Source: Octopus sinensis (taxonomy: Eukaryota). From it: a stretch of 64,000 bases of DNA. Made by a program: the position numbers and the translations under genes. The notes under the pieces were generated by a model. The model did no database searches. It saw nothing but the letters and a program-made list of their open reading frames with translations, and was not told the origin of the DNA. The stretch covers positions 78,368,001 through 78,432,000 of the forward strand of contig NC_043002.1 in NCBI RefSeq assembly GCF_006345805.1, in the 5' to 3' direction. Positions 49,934-64,000 of the stretch are shown here, piece by piece (position 1 is the stretch's first letter; the number at the start of each line of letters is the position of its first letter).

Positions 49934-52900
49934 TGTCGTTGCTGCTGCTGCCCTGCTGCTGCCTTGTTGCTGTCCTACTGCAGCTACTACTCTGCTGCTG
50001 CTGCTGTTGTTATTCCTGCTGTTGTTGTTACTGCTGTTGCTGCTGCTGCCCTGTTGCTGCTTTGCCGCTGTCCTACTGCAGCTACTACTCTGCTGCTGCT
50101 GCTGTTGCTGCTGCTACCCTGTTGCTGCCACTGCTGCTGTTGTTGTTTTTCCTTGAGTTCAAACCGGATCGAGCAAATCTATCATCAAAAATACTCCAGC
50201 TATGATAATTCGATATTTCTTCAGGCAATGTGTACCACAGACTATATTATTCATTGTGTACTGTTTTTAAGATGAAAAAGAGCAATTTGAGAGACATTTT
50301 GATGATCTTTCTAGCAGAGCAAATGACCATGTAGAAGTTTCCTCATTGGCTCTTGTATAAAGTTTAAGTTAGCACTTTCAGTTTGATATGTGTGCTATTT
50401 TTGTCCCCTGCTCGACCAGCTTACTTTATTTTCATTCTTCACACCAATGATTTCCAACTTAGTCAATAATCTAATAAAAACTGATGGGGCTCCTCCTAGT
50501 GCTCTTGGCACATTATGATGAAATGGTGACACAACAACTCATAGAAGGAAACATTTTATTTATCTTATTTTAATGTCAAATTTACATAGAAGGACATTTT
50601 ACGGTTCAGAAATCGAGAGAGAGAGACAAAGAACCAATAATAATAATAAATCCAATGATAGATTTTAATTTTTTTATTCTAATGACATTTGCTTTTGTAG
50701 AGAGAATAATTGTTGAATGAGTATCACCAAAATACTATAAATAATTAACTCCTAAAACTGATGCAAACATTAGGCATGTTAGTGTTGTAATTTTTAATGC
50801 AGGAAGCAATAAAAAGTTTACTAGAAATAAATTTGCAGGGAGAAAAATAAAATGGAAACCTATATTAGTACATTAGTGAACGATTGATAATATTTTCATT
50901 TTTACCTCTGGTAATTAAGGGAGACAACTTCAGGCATATTTCCATATTAATCTGACCTTCTCAGTGAATTATAGAATTTCTTATAAAGACCTCTTCAGCA
51001 TTATTTGAACATAGAGATGTTGTGAGGAATCGAAATGAGACATTTTGATGTTTGAAGACTGATTTTGTCTGAGCTGGAATCATGTCAGAGCCGTTAGAGT
51101 ACTACATGTACTCTATTAAACACTACAGTAACATCATACTAAATATCTTGCGATTGTTGAAGGATGTGAAAAAGTTACATTGTTTACCTTATATTATTTA
51201 TTCAAGAAGCTAAGGCAGTGAGCCAGTAGAATTGTTATCACACGGGGCAAAATGTTTAGCAGTATTTTTTCTGGTTTTATGCTCTGAGTTCAAATTCCAT
51301 CAAGGTTGACTTTGCTTTTCATCCTTTCATGGTTGATAAAATAAAGTACCAGTCAAGTATGGGGTCAATATATTTGACTGCCCCACACACCCAAAATTTT
51401 AGTCCTTGTGCCTATAATAGAAAAAAGCTGAAATAGTGTAGTGTTTAAAACAATACAATTTAAATACTCAGGATATATTCACAAATACAGGGTGATATAC
51501 TGAAGAAAGGAATCTATATATTTGTTTATATTGTGATTGACTTAAACTAACTAAACATTATAAGCTTGCAATGGTCATTGAAATATGAGCTTTTTATATA
51601 TTTTTCCCCTTTCTTCATTTCTGCATTCTGTATATTGTATTTTATCTAACCTTATTTGATCAAATTATTGACATTCAAGTAGCCTATCACTGCATACTTG
51701 TGCATTTTAAAATCTATTTGAAATACCATTCTATAAAATGCATCTCATTTATTCTACTTAAAACATTATTCTATAAAATAAATCTCATATTTGACTGTAT
51801 ACTGTGTTTGGAAATTGTGCAGAAAGAGTAAAACAGTAAAAATAAAATGTTTTAGTAACACATTCTGTGAATATATGCCTTTAGTTAAGGTTAAATGGAA
51901 AATAAGATATTAGTTCATGTCCAATCCTTGCAGATAAACAGTTAAAGATTAGAATTTATCCAAGCTATTACTTTAGAAATCATTCCTTATTCTGTATGTT
52001 GTAAAAACAAGTTTTTGTCTTCTTCAGCTTTGTTTGCTTGTATATTTTGATATTCACTAACATGGCACATTTCATCTATTTTTCATCAAATATCTCCATA
52101 TCACCACAATCATTTTCTTTTCGATTTCTTTGTTTTGCCTTTTGATGCCCTTGATTCTCAGCTAGCTATTCATTTAGTTTTATAAGGCTTTATATACTTC
52201 CCTTTGACTGGCAGAACATATAATTGATCCAGGACAGCCAAAGATAAAAGTTTACTGTTATTTTTTAAAAACTTCTTCATTCTTTTTTCTCTTTTATTTT
52301 CTCCCCTTTTTATGAAACACATTTGTAGATTCAATCCATATTACTAATGTAGTTTTGTGGTTTCTATTCATCTCCATGCTATTGTTGAAGGGCAAGAAAA
52401 AATATGCTGTTTACTTTATCTTATTTATTCTAGAAGCTGTAACGACATGGTATAATGCTTAAAGCAATATACTTGAAATAGTATATAATCTCAATCACCA
52501 AAATGCACTCTGTGTTGCTCAGTAGCTGGAATTTTATCTATCTTGGATGAACACAAATGCAATAAGGCCATTGTCCATTGAGCTTATGTCTAAAAGAAAA
52601 CAGAAAAAAATTGGTTTTCATAATGAATAGAATTCTGATCATTGAAATTATAGTAATAAAACTCATACTATTTCTTTTGCTATGATATTATTCTTTGAGA
52701 AAAGCAGGAATTTTCAGTTTGTTCTTTAAGCTTAATGACGCAACCAAATGTCATTTTCTAAAAGATAATGAAAGTAAAAAATGAAAATTGAATCAACAAA
52801 CATTTCTAAGGAATGTGTTTCTCTATCCATTTATGTGTTGCTTTATAACCTATTTATTATTGTTTTATAGACTCAGATTTACACTTCTGTTTTATAGTTT

Positions 52901-53019
52901 ATTTATGACTTACAATAGTGCAATTGTCTACAATTATATTACTGTGTTCTGCCCATAGCCTCCAAAATGAAAATTACCATAACAACAACTACTACTTTGA
53001 AATATTTTACCATAAGAAG

Positions 53020-53385
53020 GTCAATTGATGTGAGATGAAGTATTGAAGGCTGATCTCAAGACACTGAGTCTTACAAAGAAGATGAGAAAAGACTGAGATA
53101 TCTGGTACTTTACTGTACTCAAGATCTATCTACAGTAGAATTGATACTGATGCCGTTACCACATAAAAAGCACTGGTGCTGGTACCACATTAAAAGTACT
53201 GGTATTGGTACCACATAAAAAGTACCCAGTACACTCTGTGGAGTGGTTGGCATTAGGAAAGGCATCCAGCCATAGAAACTGTGCTAGAACAGATAATGGA
53301 GCCTGGTGCAGGCCCTGGCCTTACCAGCTTCAGTCAAATCATCCAACCCATGCTAGCATGGAAAACAGACGTTAAATGATGACAA
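53020..53385 (+). mobile_element. RTE LINE 3' fragment
   Basis: EVLKADLKTLSLTKKM remnant, common 3'UTR and GATGAT end. Confidence 0.65.
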
Positions 53386-53954
53386 TAGAGATTTCTACAT
53401 CAGAAAAAATGCCTTGAAATATTTAGTTATGACCTATGGGTTGGAGAGATTTCACAGTGTCATATCACTCATCATAGCCATGGGCATTGCTTCTTGATAT
53501 ACAAGGCTACAAAGTGAGCTACTGTATGTGTCTTACAATTTGGAATCAGTGCATTTTATTATGCGCTTAGCCCTAGAGTTGTTGTCTTTGACAGAACTAA
53601 AGCGTTTCCTCTATCCTGTATGAGTTTTTATTTTGAGTTACTGTGCTGTGAAATTGGGAAGTCTGTGATATGGCTTGAGAGGTTCACATCTCCTTCATAT
53701 ATATTTCATGTATACATAAGCATGTACATATATGTCTGTCTGTCTGTCTGTATGCATTATGTATACATGCATGCATGTATACACTCATACATATAAATAT
53801 ATTATTCTATATTATATAGTGGCATTCAAAAGGGCATCTAGCCATAGAAACTATGCCAAAGCAGACTGCAGAGCTTGGCACAGACTTCTTGCTCACCAGC
53901 TCATATTAAACCATCTAACTCATGCCAGCATAAAAGACAGATGTTAAATGATGG

Positions 53955-53985
<31 letters not shown>

Positions 53986-54589
53986 ATTAACACACACACA
54001 CACATATGTACATATACATCTGTACACACACACACATATATTTTGCATATGTGTATATTACACACACACACACACACACATACACACATATATGTATATT
54101 ACGTATGTGTTTGTGTATATGTGCATGTGCATAATATGCATGTGTGCATGAATGTTTGTATGTGGGTGTATATGTTTATGTCCCCCCATTGTTTTGGCAT
54201 AAAAGCAAATGTCATTGTATGTACAACATTTTCTTTATTTACAATCTGCTGCAAAAACATGTCATTGTTCAAAGGACTTGAAGAAATAATTCCTTTCTTG
54301 GAAACAAGTGAGGAATGGCACCTGGAAGAGCATTTTGTTTTTTTGTTGTTGTTTTTTTGCAGGAAAAACAGTATAGAAAAGTGCGATGATGAAATGATAA
54401 TAAGTACATGTATGTGTATGTCTGATCATTCTCACTGTTAGCACAGAGCAGCAAGCAGGACATAATGCAAGGAGACTTTCAAATCCTGTGTATTGAACAA
54501 ACAAATAACAATATATACATATGTATAATGTGTGTATGTGTATACACACACACATGCACGCACACACACAGACACACACACACAAACAT

Positions 54590-54980
54590 ACACACATACA
54601 TACATACATACATACATACATACATACACACATACATAAATACATACACACATACATACATATATACATACACACACACACATACATACATACATAAATA
54701 CATACATACATACATGCATACATACATACATGCATACATACATACATACATACATAAATACATACATACATACATGCATACATACATACTTACATACATA
54801 CATGCATACATACATACATACATACATACATACGTACATACATACATACATAAATACATACATACATACATGCATACATGCATACATACATACATACATA
54901 CATGCATGCATACATGCATACATACATACATACATACATACATACATACATACATACATACATACATACATACATACATC
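54590..54980. repeat. Long (TACA)n microsatellite
   Basis: Direct reading. Confidence 0.95.
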
Positions 54981-55984
54981 TGGCTTGTCTGTTACTGGCA
55001 GGAGATACTTAATCTATAATGATTGCTTTCCACAATCTCCCATTTATTTATCTTTGTTCAAACCGTAAATACCACCTGCAATTCAATGACAAGGATCTGA
55101 TGCAGCTTTCTAAGTACCACATAGCACACAAATTACATATAACAATAGACATCTATTTAATAAACAGACCTACACATTTCCAGTATGCAGCTAGTATTCA
55201 ACATATAGCTGTATGCTGTATAATCTTGGAGAAGTCCTTGATAATGAGTATAAGTCACTCCAAAATATTGTGTACAATTTTTAACACTTTATTCTTTTAT
55301 CTACAATCATTTAATTAAGGAATTATTAGAGAAAAAAATTACTTCAACTCATTAAGCAGACACTTACTGTGGCTTCCTTCATTCTGTGAGGCATTGATGT
55401 CATTATGAATAGTAGTATGTCATTGCCAGGAATGTGAATGACATTAGCATATCATACAACTTAATCATCATGTGAATTGGCAGAGTTTTTTAAGAGCGAC
55501 AAATTGAATATCTCACAGTGCTTGTTTACATACTCTGCACTCTCAGATCAAATTCTGCTGAAATCAACTTTGTATCCTTTCATTCTTTCTGTGTCGATAA
55601 AAAAAGACACTAACCCAGAGTTTGTGGATTGGCGGAACTGTATGAATGTTGGACTGGATACATTGCAGTATTTGTTCCAGCTCCCTACATTCTGGGTCAA
55701 GTTCTACTCAGGTGCCTAAAACAAAAGCACACCCTTGCCAACCTGTTGGCCAAGTGGGGTGAGTTACACATATACATTCAAAACAGAGGCCAACACCAAA
55801 TAGATTATGGTGGATGGAGTTGAGAGAGGGTCTCTTCCAGCTGGAGAGACATGTGCCTGGTGAATGAATGAATGAATCTGTTGCTTTGTTCACACCAATA
55901 TTGTTGGGATGTGGTGTTGCGATGGTTGCTAGCTGATTCGTGGAAGCTGTGCATAATGATTTAGTAACATCAAGCAGACATCTA

Positions 55985-56035
<51 letters not shown>

Positions 56036-56056
56036 ACACACACACACATACACATA

Positions 56057-56271
56057 CAGGGTTGGCCAAAAGTCACCTGACAGTAAATCAAAACCCATTT
56101 AATTCCAAGATTAACACAAAAAATTATTTTATGAGACTTCACTAATAAATAGACAAATGTGATTTTAACTCACAGCATTCAATTATTAAATATTCATAAT
56201 TGGAATGAATAAATAAAATTGAATATCAAGTATATATATAAGATTTTTGATTTACTGTTCGGCCAACCCTG
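56057..56271. mobile_element. Tc1/mariner-type MITE
   Basis: CAGGGTTGGCC...ACAGTAAATCAAAA and its reverse complement, the right TIR carrying a short deletion. Confidence 0.7.
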
Positions 56272-56641
56272 CATATATGTATGTATATATATATATATAT
56301 ATATACATACACACACACATATATGTACATACATACATATATACATACATACATACATACATACATACATGCATGCATGCATACATACATGCATGCATGC
56401 ATACATGCATACATACATACATACATACATGCATACATACATACATACATATATGTACATGACTGTCTTTTTCCAGCTTTTATCTACTAAATCCATTTGC
56501 ATGGCTTTGGTCAACCTCAGACTATAGCAGACACTTGCACAATGTGTCATACAGTGAGAATGAACCCAAAACCACGTTGCTGGGAAGCAAACTTCTGGAT
56601 CCCACAGCCATCCCCCACCACACACACATTATTTTAGGAAA

Positions 56642-56789
56642 CTGTGGTAAGTAGCTTGCTAACCAACCACATGGTTCCGGGTTCAGTCCCCCTGCATGGC
56701 ATCTTGGGCAAGTGTCTTCTGCTATAGCCCTGGGCCAACCAATGCCTTGTGAGTGGATTTGGTAGACGGAAACTGAAAGAAGCCTGTCG

Positions 56790-56836
<47 letters not shown>

Positions 56837-57068
56837 ATGTGTGTGTGTTTGTGTGTCTGTGTTTGTCTCCCCCAACATCACTTGACAACCGATGCTGGTG
56901 TGTTTACGTCCCCGTCATTTAGCGGTTCGGCAAAAGAGACCGATAGAATAAGTACTAGGCTAACAAAGAATAAGTCCCGGGGTCGATTTGCTTGACTAAA
57001 GGTGGTGCTCCAGCATCGCCGCAGTCAAATGACTGAAACAAGTAAAAGAGTAAAAGAGAGAGTAAAGA
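56642..57068 (+). mobile_element. SINE family A, well-preserved copy
   Basis: Complete body with (TA)n(TG)n middle and (AGTAAAAG)n tail. Confidence 0.85.
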
Positions 57069-57773
57069 GTATACTGTCTAAGCACAATGATTTAGAAAAT
57101 CAAAATGAACTGCAGAGAGAGACATTCTCCAAAACAGTTGATATAAACTGTGTTTAATATGAAAATGAAAAAGAAAAAAAGAAAAAAACATTGAGAAGCC
57201 TGTCATCAAAATTCCAGGGTAATAGCACAGACAGTATTGACATGAAATAATTCTCTTTTACACAATGTACATTCTTGAAGATGTAATAAATACCTTGAAC
57301 AAAACATCTTAACCTGTCCCACTCCCAGCTATAGAATAACAAAACATAAAGCACCATAAAAAAAATACTACAACTTCTATAACAATAATGATACCATAAA
57401 GAAACAAATGAAACAGCATATTTGCTCATACTTTCGCTAAGTACAAAAAACAATTTTATAAATCCAATAATGATAATAATAATAATGATGATGGTGATGA
57501 TGATAATAATTCTTTCTATTATGGGTACAAGGTCTGAAATTTAGTGGAGGGGGATAATCAATTACATCGATCTCAGTGTCCAACTGGTACTTAATTTATC
57601 AATGCCAAAAGTATGAAAGGCAAAGTCAACCTCAGTGGAATTTGAACTCAGAATGTAAGAACGGATGTAAATGCTGCTAAGCATTTTTCCCAGCATTCTA
57701 ATGAATCTGTAAGCTTGCCGCCTTATTAACAATAACAACAACAATAATAATAATGGTAATAGTAATAGTAGTA

Positions 57774-57846
<73 letters not shown>

Positions 57847-57848
57847 TA

Positions 57849-57994
57849 GACATTCACTAGTACAACGCTAAGTACAAAACCAAATATATGGCAACCTAGG
57901 CATAACACCATCATGAACTTCCAACTTGTTGTCTCTTGAGGCCTCTGGGTGAGACTTGGAGCCAACTTGTACAAAGGTAAAGCAAAAGTCAAAC

Positions 57995-57997
<3 letters not shown>
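57849..57997 (+). mobile_element. R4/Dong-like 3'UTR-only insertion in (TAA)n
   Basis: Homologous to 36190-36340; (TAA)n on both sides. Confidence 0.8.
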
Positions 57998-58052
<55 letters not shown>

Positions 58053-58751
58053 CCTTTCTACTACAGGTACAAAGCTTGAAATGTTGGTGGTGGGGACTAG
58101 TTAATTACATCAACCCCAGTGTTTAATTGGTACTTATTAAATCGACCCCCGAAAAGATAAAAGGTAAAGTTGACCCTAGCGACATTTGATCTCAGAATGT
58201 AAAGACGGAAGAAATGCTGCCAAACATTTTCTCCGGCATGGTAATGATTCTGCCTGCTTTTTTTAGAATCACAGGCATTGGCATGTGATTAAGAAGCTTG
58301 CTTTACAACCATGTGGTTTCAGGTTCATTCCCACTGCACACCACTTTGGGCAAGTATCTTCTAATCTTCTATTATAGCTCCAACTGACCAGGATTTGAAC
58401 TCAGAGTACAGAGAATTGGAACAAATATCAGAAAGCATTCTATCCAAAGTGGAGGCACATGGCTTAGTGGATAGGGTGTTGGACTCATGATTGTAACATT
58501 GTGGTTTGATTCCTTAAATGAGCAATGCATTAGATTTTTGAACAAAACACTTCATTTCACATTGCTCCAGTTCACTCAGTTGGTAAAAGTGAGTAACCCT
58601 GTGATGGACTAGTGTCCCATCCAGGGAAGGATATATATGCCAGAGAAACCAGGAAATCAACTTTATGCACCTTACAGAGTAACTAGTCAACCAAATGCTC
58701 TAATGTCTCACTGAACTTGCTTCTTATAAAGAAATCATAGTGTGATCGTTA

Positions 58752-59090
58752 CCGCATCGCCTTACTAGCACTTGTGCTGGTGGCACGTGAAACATTCAAG
58801 CAAGGACGTCGCCAGTGCTGCTGGACTGGCTCCTGTGCAGGTGGCACATAAAAAGCACCATTTGGGCATGGCCGTTGCCGGTACCACCAAACTGGCCCTC
58901 TTGCCGGTGGCACGTAAAATCACCCACTACACTCTCGGACTGGTTGGCATTAGGAAGGGCATCCTGCTGTAGAAACTCTGCCAGATCAAGATTGGAGTCT
59001 GGTTCGCCAGACCTCAGTCAAATCATCCAACCCATGCTAGCATGGAAAGCGGATGATAAATGATGAACATGATGATGATGATAATGATGA
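58752..59090 (+). mobile_element. RTE 3'UTR fragment
   Basis: Repeated GTGGCAC.T.AAA subunits, common tail and (GAT)n. Confidence 0.7.
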
Positions 59091-60599
59091 TGCTGGCAGT
59101 GTGGTAGATACATTGAAAGAGTCATATCAACACATTAACCACCACATCTACCACCAGTGGTTCATTGCAAACTTCACACAACTGCTATACGTACCACTGG
59201 TGGTACATTTTCATAGTTTGGGAAAATATTTTATACTATATCTTTGACATGGTTTCAAAGATATTTAAATAACATGAGTGCTAAATACTGGTTGCAAATT
59301 TTAGCACAAGGCCAGCAAATTTGGTGGGTGGGGATAAGTCAAGTGCATCAACTCCAGCACTTGACCGGTATTTTTTTTATTGTCTCCAAAAGGATGAAAG
59401 GCAAAGTTGACCTCTACAGTATTTGAACTCAGAATGTGAAGCTGGATGAAATGCTGTTAAGCATTTTGCCCAGCGTGCTAACATTTCTCCCAGCTAGCTA
59501 CCCTTGAGTGCTGTATATTAAAGTTTAATTATGAAATATTGTAAAAATGCAAAACAATTACATATTCAGTATGCTGTGTGACCATGTGAAATACATGGCA
59601 TCACTGGTAAATTCCATTAACAGACCATGGTGGTTAAAGTGTTAATCAAATGCTTAACAGTGTTTAATCTATCATACTAGATTCTAGGTTCAAATTCTGA
59701 CAGGAAAAATCAATTATGCTTTGTCCATCAGAGGTCAATAAAATAATTACTGGTATTGCATAAAGGTTGATTCATTCATTCAACTAAGAACTATATGGTT
59801 GTCTTGCCAAGTTAAGAAATCAATATTATACAGAAACAGAAATAAGAAGATATTTGGAGTCAGCATGTATTGAAATTTGAAAATGCAACAAGTTCTAAGA
59901 CTGTTATCAAGAATCTTAATTATTAGTGAAGATTCTACCAGCTAGAAAAATAAAAACAACTGCTGCTGCTGCTTTTACTACTACAACTACTACTATTACT
60001 ACAAGCATTACCACCACCACCACCACCACTACTAACTGAAAAATATTTAGGTAAGTATTTTAAAATGAGATTCTAGAAATAAAAGATAAAAAGAAAAAGC
60101 ATGAATTAATTTTACATTCCCTAAAAGATGAAACAAAAAAATTTGCAGCAAATTCTTTCATGTTAGGAGTTTAGTTTACATTTCTCCTCAGTGAACTCTA
60201 AGCAATTAACAAACAAGATCTAATCAGATTCATGTAATTATTAATAAATTTTAAGACATCGATTTCAAGATTAAATAAATAGCTGAACTTTTACTTTGTA
60301 AATTAAAAAGATGGGTTTTTTTTTACCTTTATATTTTATATTTTATAGCTTCTAAGATTAAGGAGCCGGATTATTGGTAATATTTTTCAGTTCTTCAAAA
60401 AGAAAAAAGACTCAACTCAAAAATGTCGGAATTCACCTATCATTCTGGTACGTGAAGCTTATCTTATGTAACAAATTTCATTAACTGATTTTGAAGGATG
60501 ATGCAGTCAGTCATTCAGACAATTTTTTATCTTGTACTTGTTTCAGTCATAGGACCACAGCCATGCTGGGGCACCACCTTGAAGGGCTAATCTTTTATC

Positions 60600-60992
60600 T
60601 TTTATCTTGTACTTGTTTCAGTAATTAGACTGCAGCAATGCTGGGGCACTGCCTTGAATTTTTAGTCAAATGAATCTACTCCCGTACTTATTTTTTAAGC
60701 CTGGTACTTATTCGATTGGCCTCTTTTGCCGAACTACTAAGTTACGGGTACGTAAACACATCCACACCAGTTATCAAGCGGTGATAGGGGGACAAATACA
60801 GATACACGTAGATATCTATACATATATACGATGGGATTCTTTCAGTTTCTGTCTACCAAATCCACTCACAACGCTTTGGTCAGCTTGAAGTTAAAGTAGA
60901 AGACACTTGCTCAAGGTGCCACACAGTGGGACTGAACCTGGAACCATGTGGTTGGGAGGCAAGTTTCTTACTACACAGCCACTCCTGTGCCT
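60600..60992 (-). mobile_element. SINE family A
   Basis: Full reverse-complement copy; a second 3' end lies at about 60525-60595. Confidence 0.8.
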
Positions 60993-61661
60993 AGTTGAAC
61001 AAATCAACCCCAGTGCTTATTTTAAGTCTGATAATTATTTTATCAGTTTCTTTTGCTGAACCGTTAAGTTATGAGATTGTAAAAAACCCAACACCAGTTG
61101 TCAAGCAGTGGTGAGGAACAAACACAAATTCATGCATACATATATACCAGGCATGCGCCATCAGTAATTACTCAGGGTAGACAGTTGGTGACCTTTATGT
61201 AGTAAAACATAAAAAATAAACAAAGCACAGGCACATGACTGAGCTGAAGGCAGATTTACTTCTGCCTTTATAGCATGTAAAGAAAACATTGTTGTAGGAA
61301 TGTACACAGCACGTGTACTACAGCAGTACTATGTGTAGTTTAAATACTGGGATTGAAAGGCAGGGGCAAATTATGCCTACCTAATCTACAAAATATAAAA
61401 TATTTTGTATTTTATGCATAGTTATCAGAGTAACCTTCATAATTTTATTGAATTAGGTGCACAGGATAATGCCATTCATCTTAGTACCCAGTCATCACCT
61501 CTGAAAAGCTCAACATTTTCATGTCTTCCTAAGTCTACCTCTACTACATGTTCCTGCCACATTTAGCAATCAGCACTTCTTTATACAGCTGTCCTCATCC
61601 ATCTGCATCACATGACCATACAAGTGCAATCTTCTCTCCTGCACACCACACCTGATACCTT

Positions 61662-62130
61662 TATAATGGAAGGCAAGGTTTACGATATCGGGAGAATATC
61701 ACCTTCTCCCATTATATCTTGTTCTTCATGTAGTTCAGGCTCCGGCAGGCAAAGAAAGAAGTCTTTAAGTACAAATTCAATTTACAACCAGTTTATTTAC
61801 AAGTTTTAAAGAACAGGTGAAGTGTGTTGCTCTCAGCAACCATCTTGAGCTGTGTGCGTGGTATCTCCATTAGTGCAGGCATATTGCCTCTGGAGGTATA
61901 ACATGCAGACAGGCCCAGCCAGTGAAGTGTGCTCAGCAAGCACTGCAGCGTAGAAGCAGAGAGAGAGTGAATCTGTTTCTGTTTTGCCCTTATATACAGT
62001 TTGCCATTGCGAGCCTCGTGATCTCGCACATGGCAAATGGATGCAGGTGACGTCTCACTCTAGTCTCGGAGACGGCAATGACTGCTGCGAGATTTCATCC
62101 AATATGGTGTTGACTGCTTGTGCCGCTACA
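61662..62130 (-). mobile_element. Solo LTR (469 bp, gypsy-like), 4-bp TSD
   Basis: Minus strand TGTAG...ATTATA; TSD CCTT at 61658-61661 and 62131-62134; TATATAA near 61990 and AATAAA near 61795; excision restores G-I-K-G-I-R. Confidence 0.75.
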
Positions 62131-62428
62131 CCTTTTATGCCCAATTTCTCTCTTGTACATACTACCCTGACATTGGATATCCATCAGCACATACTTGTTT
62201 CATTTCTTTCAAGTCTTTGCATGTTCTTTGCATTTACAGTCCAAGTTTCACAGCCATGTGGCAGTGATGTTCAGACATAGGTATCATACAATCTGCCTTT
62301 CATTCTGAGAGAGAGGCCTTTTGTTACCAACAGAGGTAAAAGTTCTCTGAACTTCCTACTGCTAATTCATAATCTGGCAGCTATTCTTTCAGAGCATCCT
62401 CCTCCACTACTAATTAGGTCACCCAGAT

Positions 62429-62719
62429 CAGTGCTTCTCAAACTATCTGAGGTGGCGTACCGGCAGTTTTTTTTTTCCAGTGTGCCAGGGACCAGTAATA
62501 TTTCTTAGTAATATTAATTTATACAGGAAACAATATATATAATGAATATAATAAAAGTTGACAATTTTTAAAATCTTATATTTATTTTCTAAACAAATAA
62601 TACAATATAACATAAGCATTTTATAATGTTTCTTTCTTTTCTGGAAACTTGCCGCGTACTGGCAGCTGATGTCTTGTGAACTGACACCGGTCTGCGGACC
62701 ACCACTTTGAGTAGCACTG
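62429..62719. mobile_element. hAT-type MITE (291 bp)
   Basis: TIRs CAGTGCTTCTCAAA / TTTGAGTAGCACTG; 8-bp TSD ACCCAGAT / ACCAAGAT. Confidence 0.9.
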
Positions 62720-63075
62720 ACCAAGATGACAGAAACTATCTGCTACTACTAGGGAGCCTCCTGTGCATTTCAGAACATCTATTTCCTGTGTATTCTTATT
62801 ATTCATTGCCCCTGAACATGTGCCACAAACAAATTCAACTTTCTCTGTTAACCTTCTTTTGATCCCAATGCAACTCTTATGTATCCACAGTTTGCACTGA
62901 GCACATTGTAAGGAACTTCTACCTACATCTTGTCTACATATGGAACAGGGCCATTTACCTAAAGGGATTAGTGTTCTGTCTGATCTCCTGCAAATTAGAA
63001 TTTTAGTCTAATTAGCAGGTGAATGTAATATAATGTATAATATATATAATGCAACATATATATATATTATATATA

Positions 63076-63240
63076 AAACGGGAAGGTTTACAAAAATAAA
63101 CAAAAGACGAAGGCAGGTGGAGTACAAACAAACAAATGTATTAGTATGATGCTCAGGAACAGAAACAGAACAAGTCTTTTACGTTTCGAGCCTACGCTCT
63201 TCGACACAAAGATACACAGAAAAAAAACAAGGAGAGAAAC
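63076..63240 (-). mobile_element. Penelope-type terminal repeat (family Y), HHR-like motif at 63175-63212
   Basis: Homologous to 10989-11168; core reads GTGTCGA. Confidence 0.65.
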
Positions 63241-63263
63241 AATATATATATATATAATATATA

Positions 63264-63339
<76 letters not shown>

Positions 63340-64000
63340 TTGTGTGTGTGTTACATTTCTTTGTGTGTATCTTTGTGTTTATGTTGTTTGTCCCCCACCA
63401 CCAGACTTATAAGTAAGTACTGGGGATGATTTCAACAAAACCCTTCGAGATGGTGTCAGAACATAATCAGAGTTCACTGATTGAAACAAGTAAAGATGAA
63501 ATAAAAGACTGATTTATAAAGGAAGAGAGAGAGAATAAAATAAACTACTATATTTATTATAAGTTGCACTCGTGTATATATCACACCTATAATTTAGGGC
63601 AAAATTTTAGTACAAAACTTTTTCCCTTCGTAGTTTTAGCTTTGCTGTATGTATAAGTCACACCCTAGGTTTTTCGGTTAAAATCAAGTTTAAAATAGTG
63701 CAACATATATACTAGTAAATACATCAAGTCTTATAAAACTGGTTCACTTTCTTATTGTTTAGTCCTTTCATTGTTTCAGTTTAACAATTTTCTTTTGTTA
63801 TTTTGATATAGGTCAATTCCTTTATTATTGACATTAAAAAAATCACTATGGCTGCTTTTCTTTATATTTTCAACCAAAAAGTGGTGGGGGAAGATTAATT
63901 CATTTATTTTCAAAAACAGAGAAAAAGAAACCGACATATTCATAACCAATAAGAATAGCTCAAATTTTATTTATTTGTTGCTTTGTCAACTTCCTAGTTA

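Larger units (their letters stand above)
61485..63010 (-). mobile_element. RTE LINE remnant interrupted by a solo LTR and a hAT MITE
   Basis: GKWPCSICRQ, CKLWIHKSC, GDLISSGGGCSE, LRMKGRLYD, HGCETW, IKGIRCGVQERRL across the insertions. Confidence 0.85.

Noticed and set aside
55790-55880. Hairpin GTCTCTTCCAGCTGGAGAGAC followed by (TGAA)n
   Set aside because: It may be an L2/CR1-type 3' end, but no upstream RT motif could be read, so it is not called.
1507-63412. Numerous ORFs rich in IY, CV, HT, M or Q/A runs
   Set aside because: They are translations of (TA)n, (TG)n, (TACA)n, (ATG)n and (CTG)n microsatellites.

Overview
AT-rich, microsatellite-dense animal genomic DNA. The SINE/RTE repertoire resembles what I recall from octopus genomes (inference, not checked). 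I could not support any intact host protein-coding gene. Nearly all recognisable sequence is transposon debris, often nested: two mariner remnants, a DD37D (maT-like) transposon, a decayed Helitron RepHel of about 3.6 kb, RTE, CR1 and R4/Dong-like LINE fragments, a Penelope-like (GIY-YIG) element, a solo LTR, hAT, piggyBac and Tc1-type MITEs, and several tRNA-headed SINE families. The main unexplained signal is about eleven minimal type I hammerhead-ribozyme (HHR) motifs from about seven unrelated sequence families, read by eye. Several sit at the inversion point of fold-back elements, including a perfect 243-bp-arm palindrome. One family carries a compensatory G3-C8 swap of the core C3-G8 pair. 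One HHR is a 56-bp stand-alone insertion between 11-bp direct repeats. One HHR lies inside a TSD-flanked element that joins a tRNA-like Pol III head to an HHR tail. No cleavage activity has been tested; all ribozyme calls rest on sequence and pairing.
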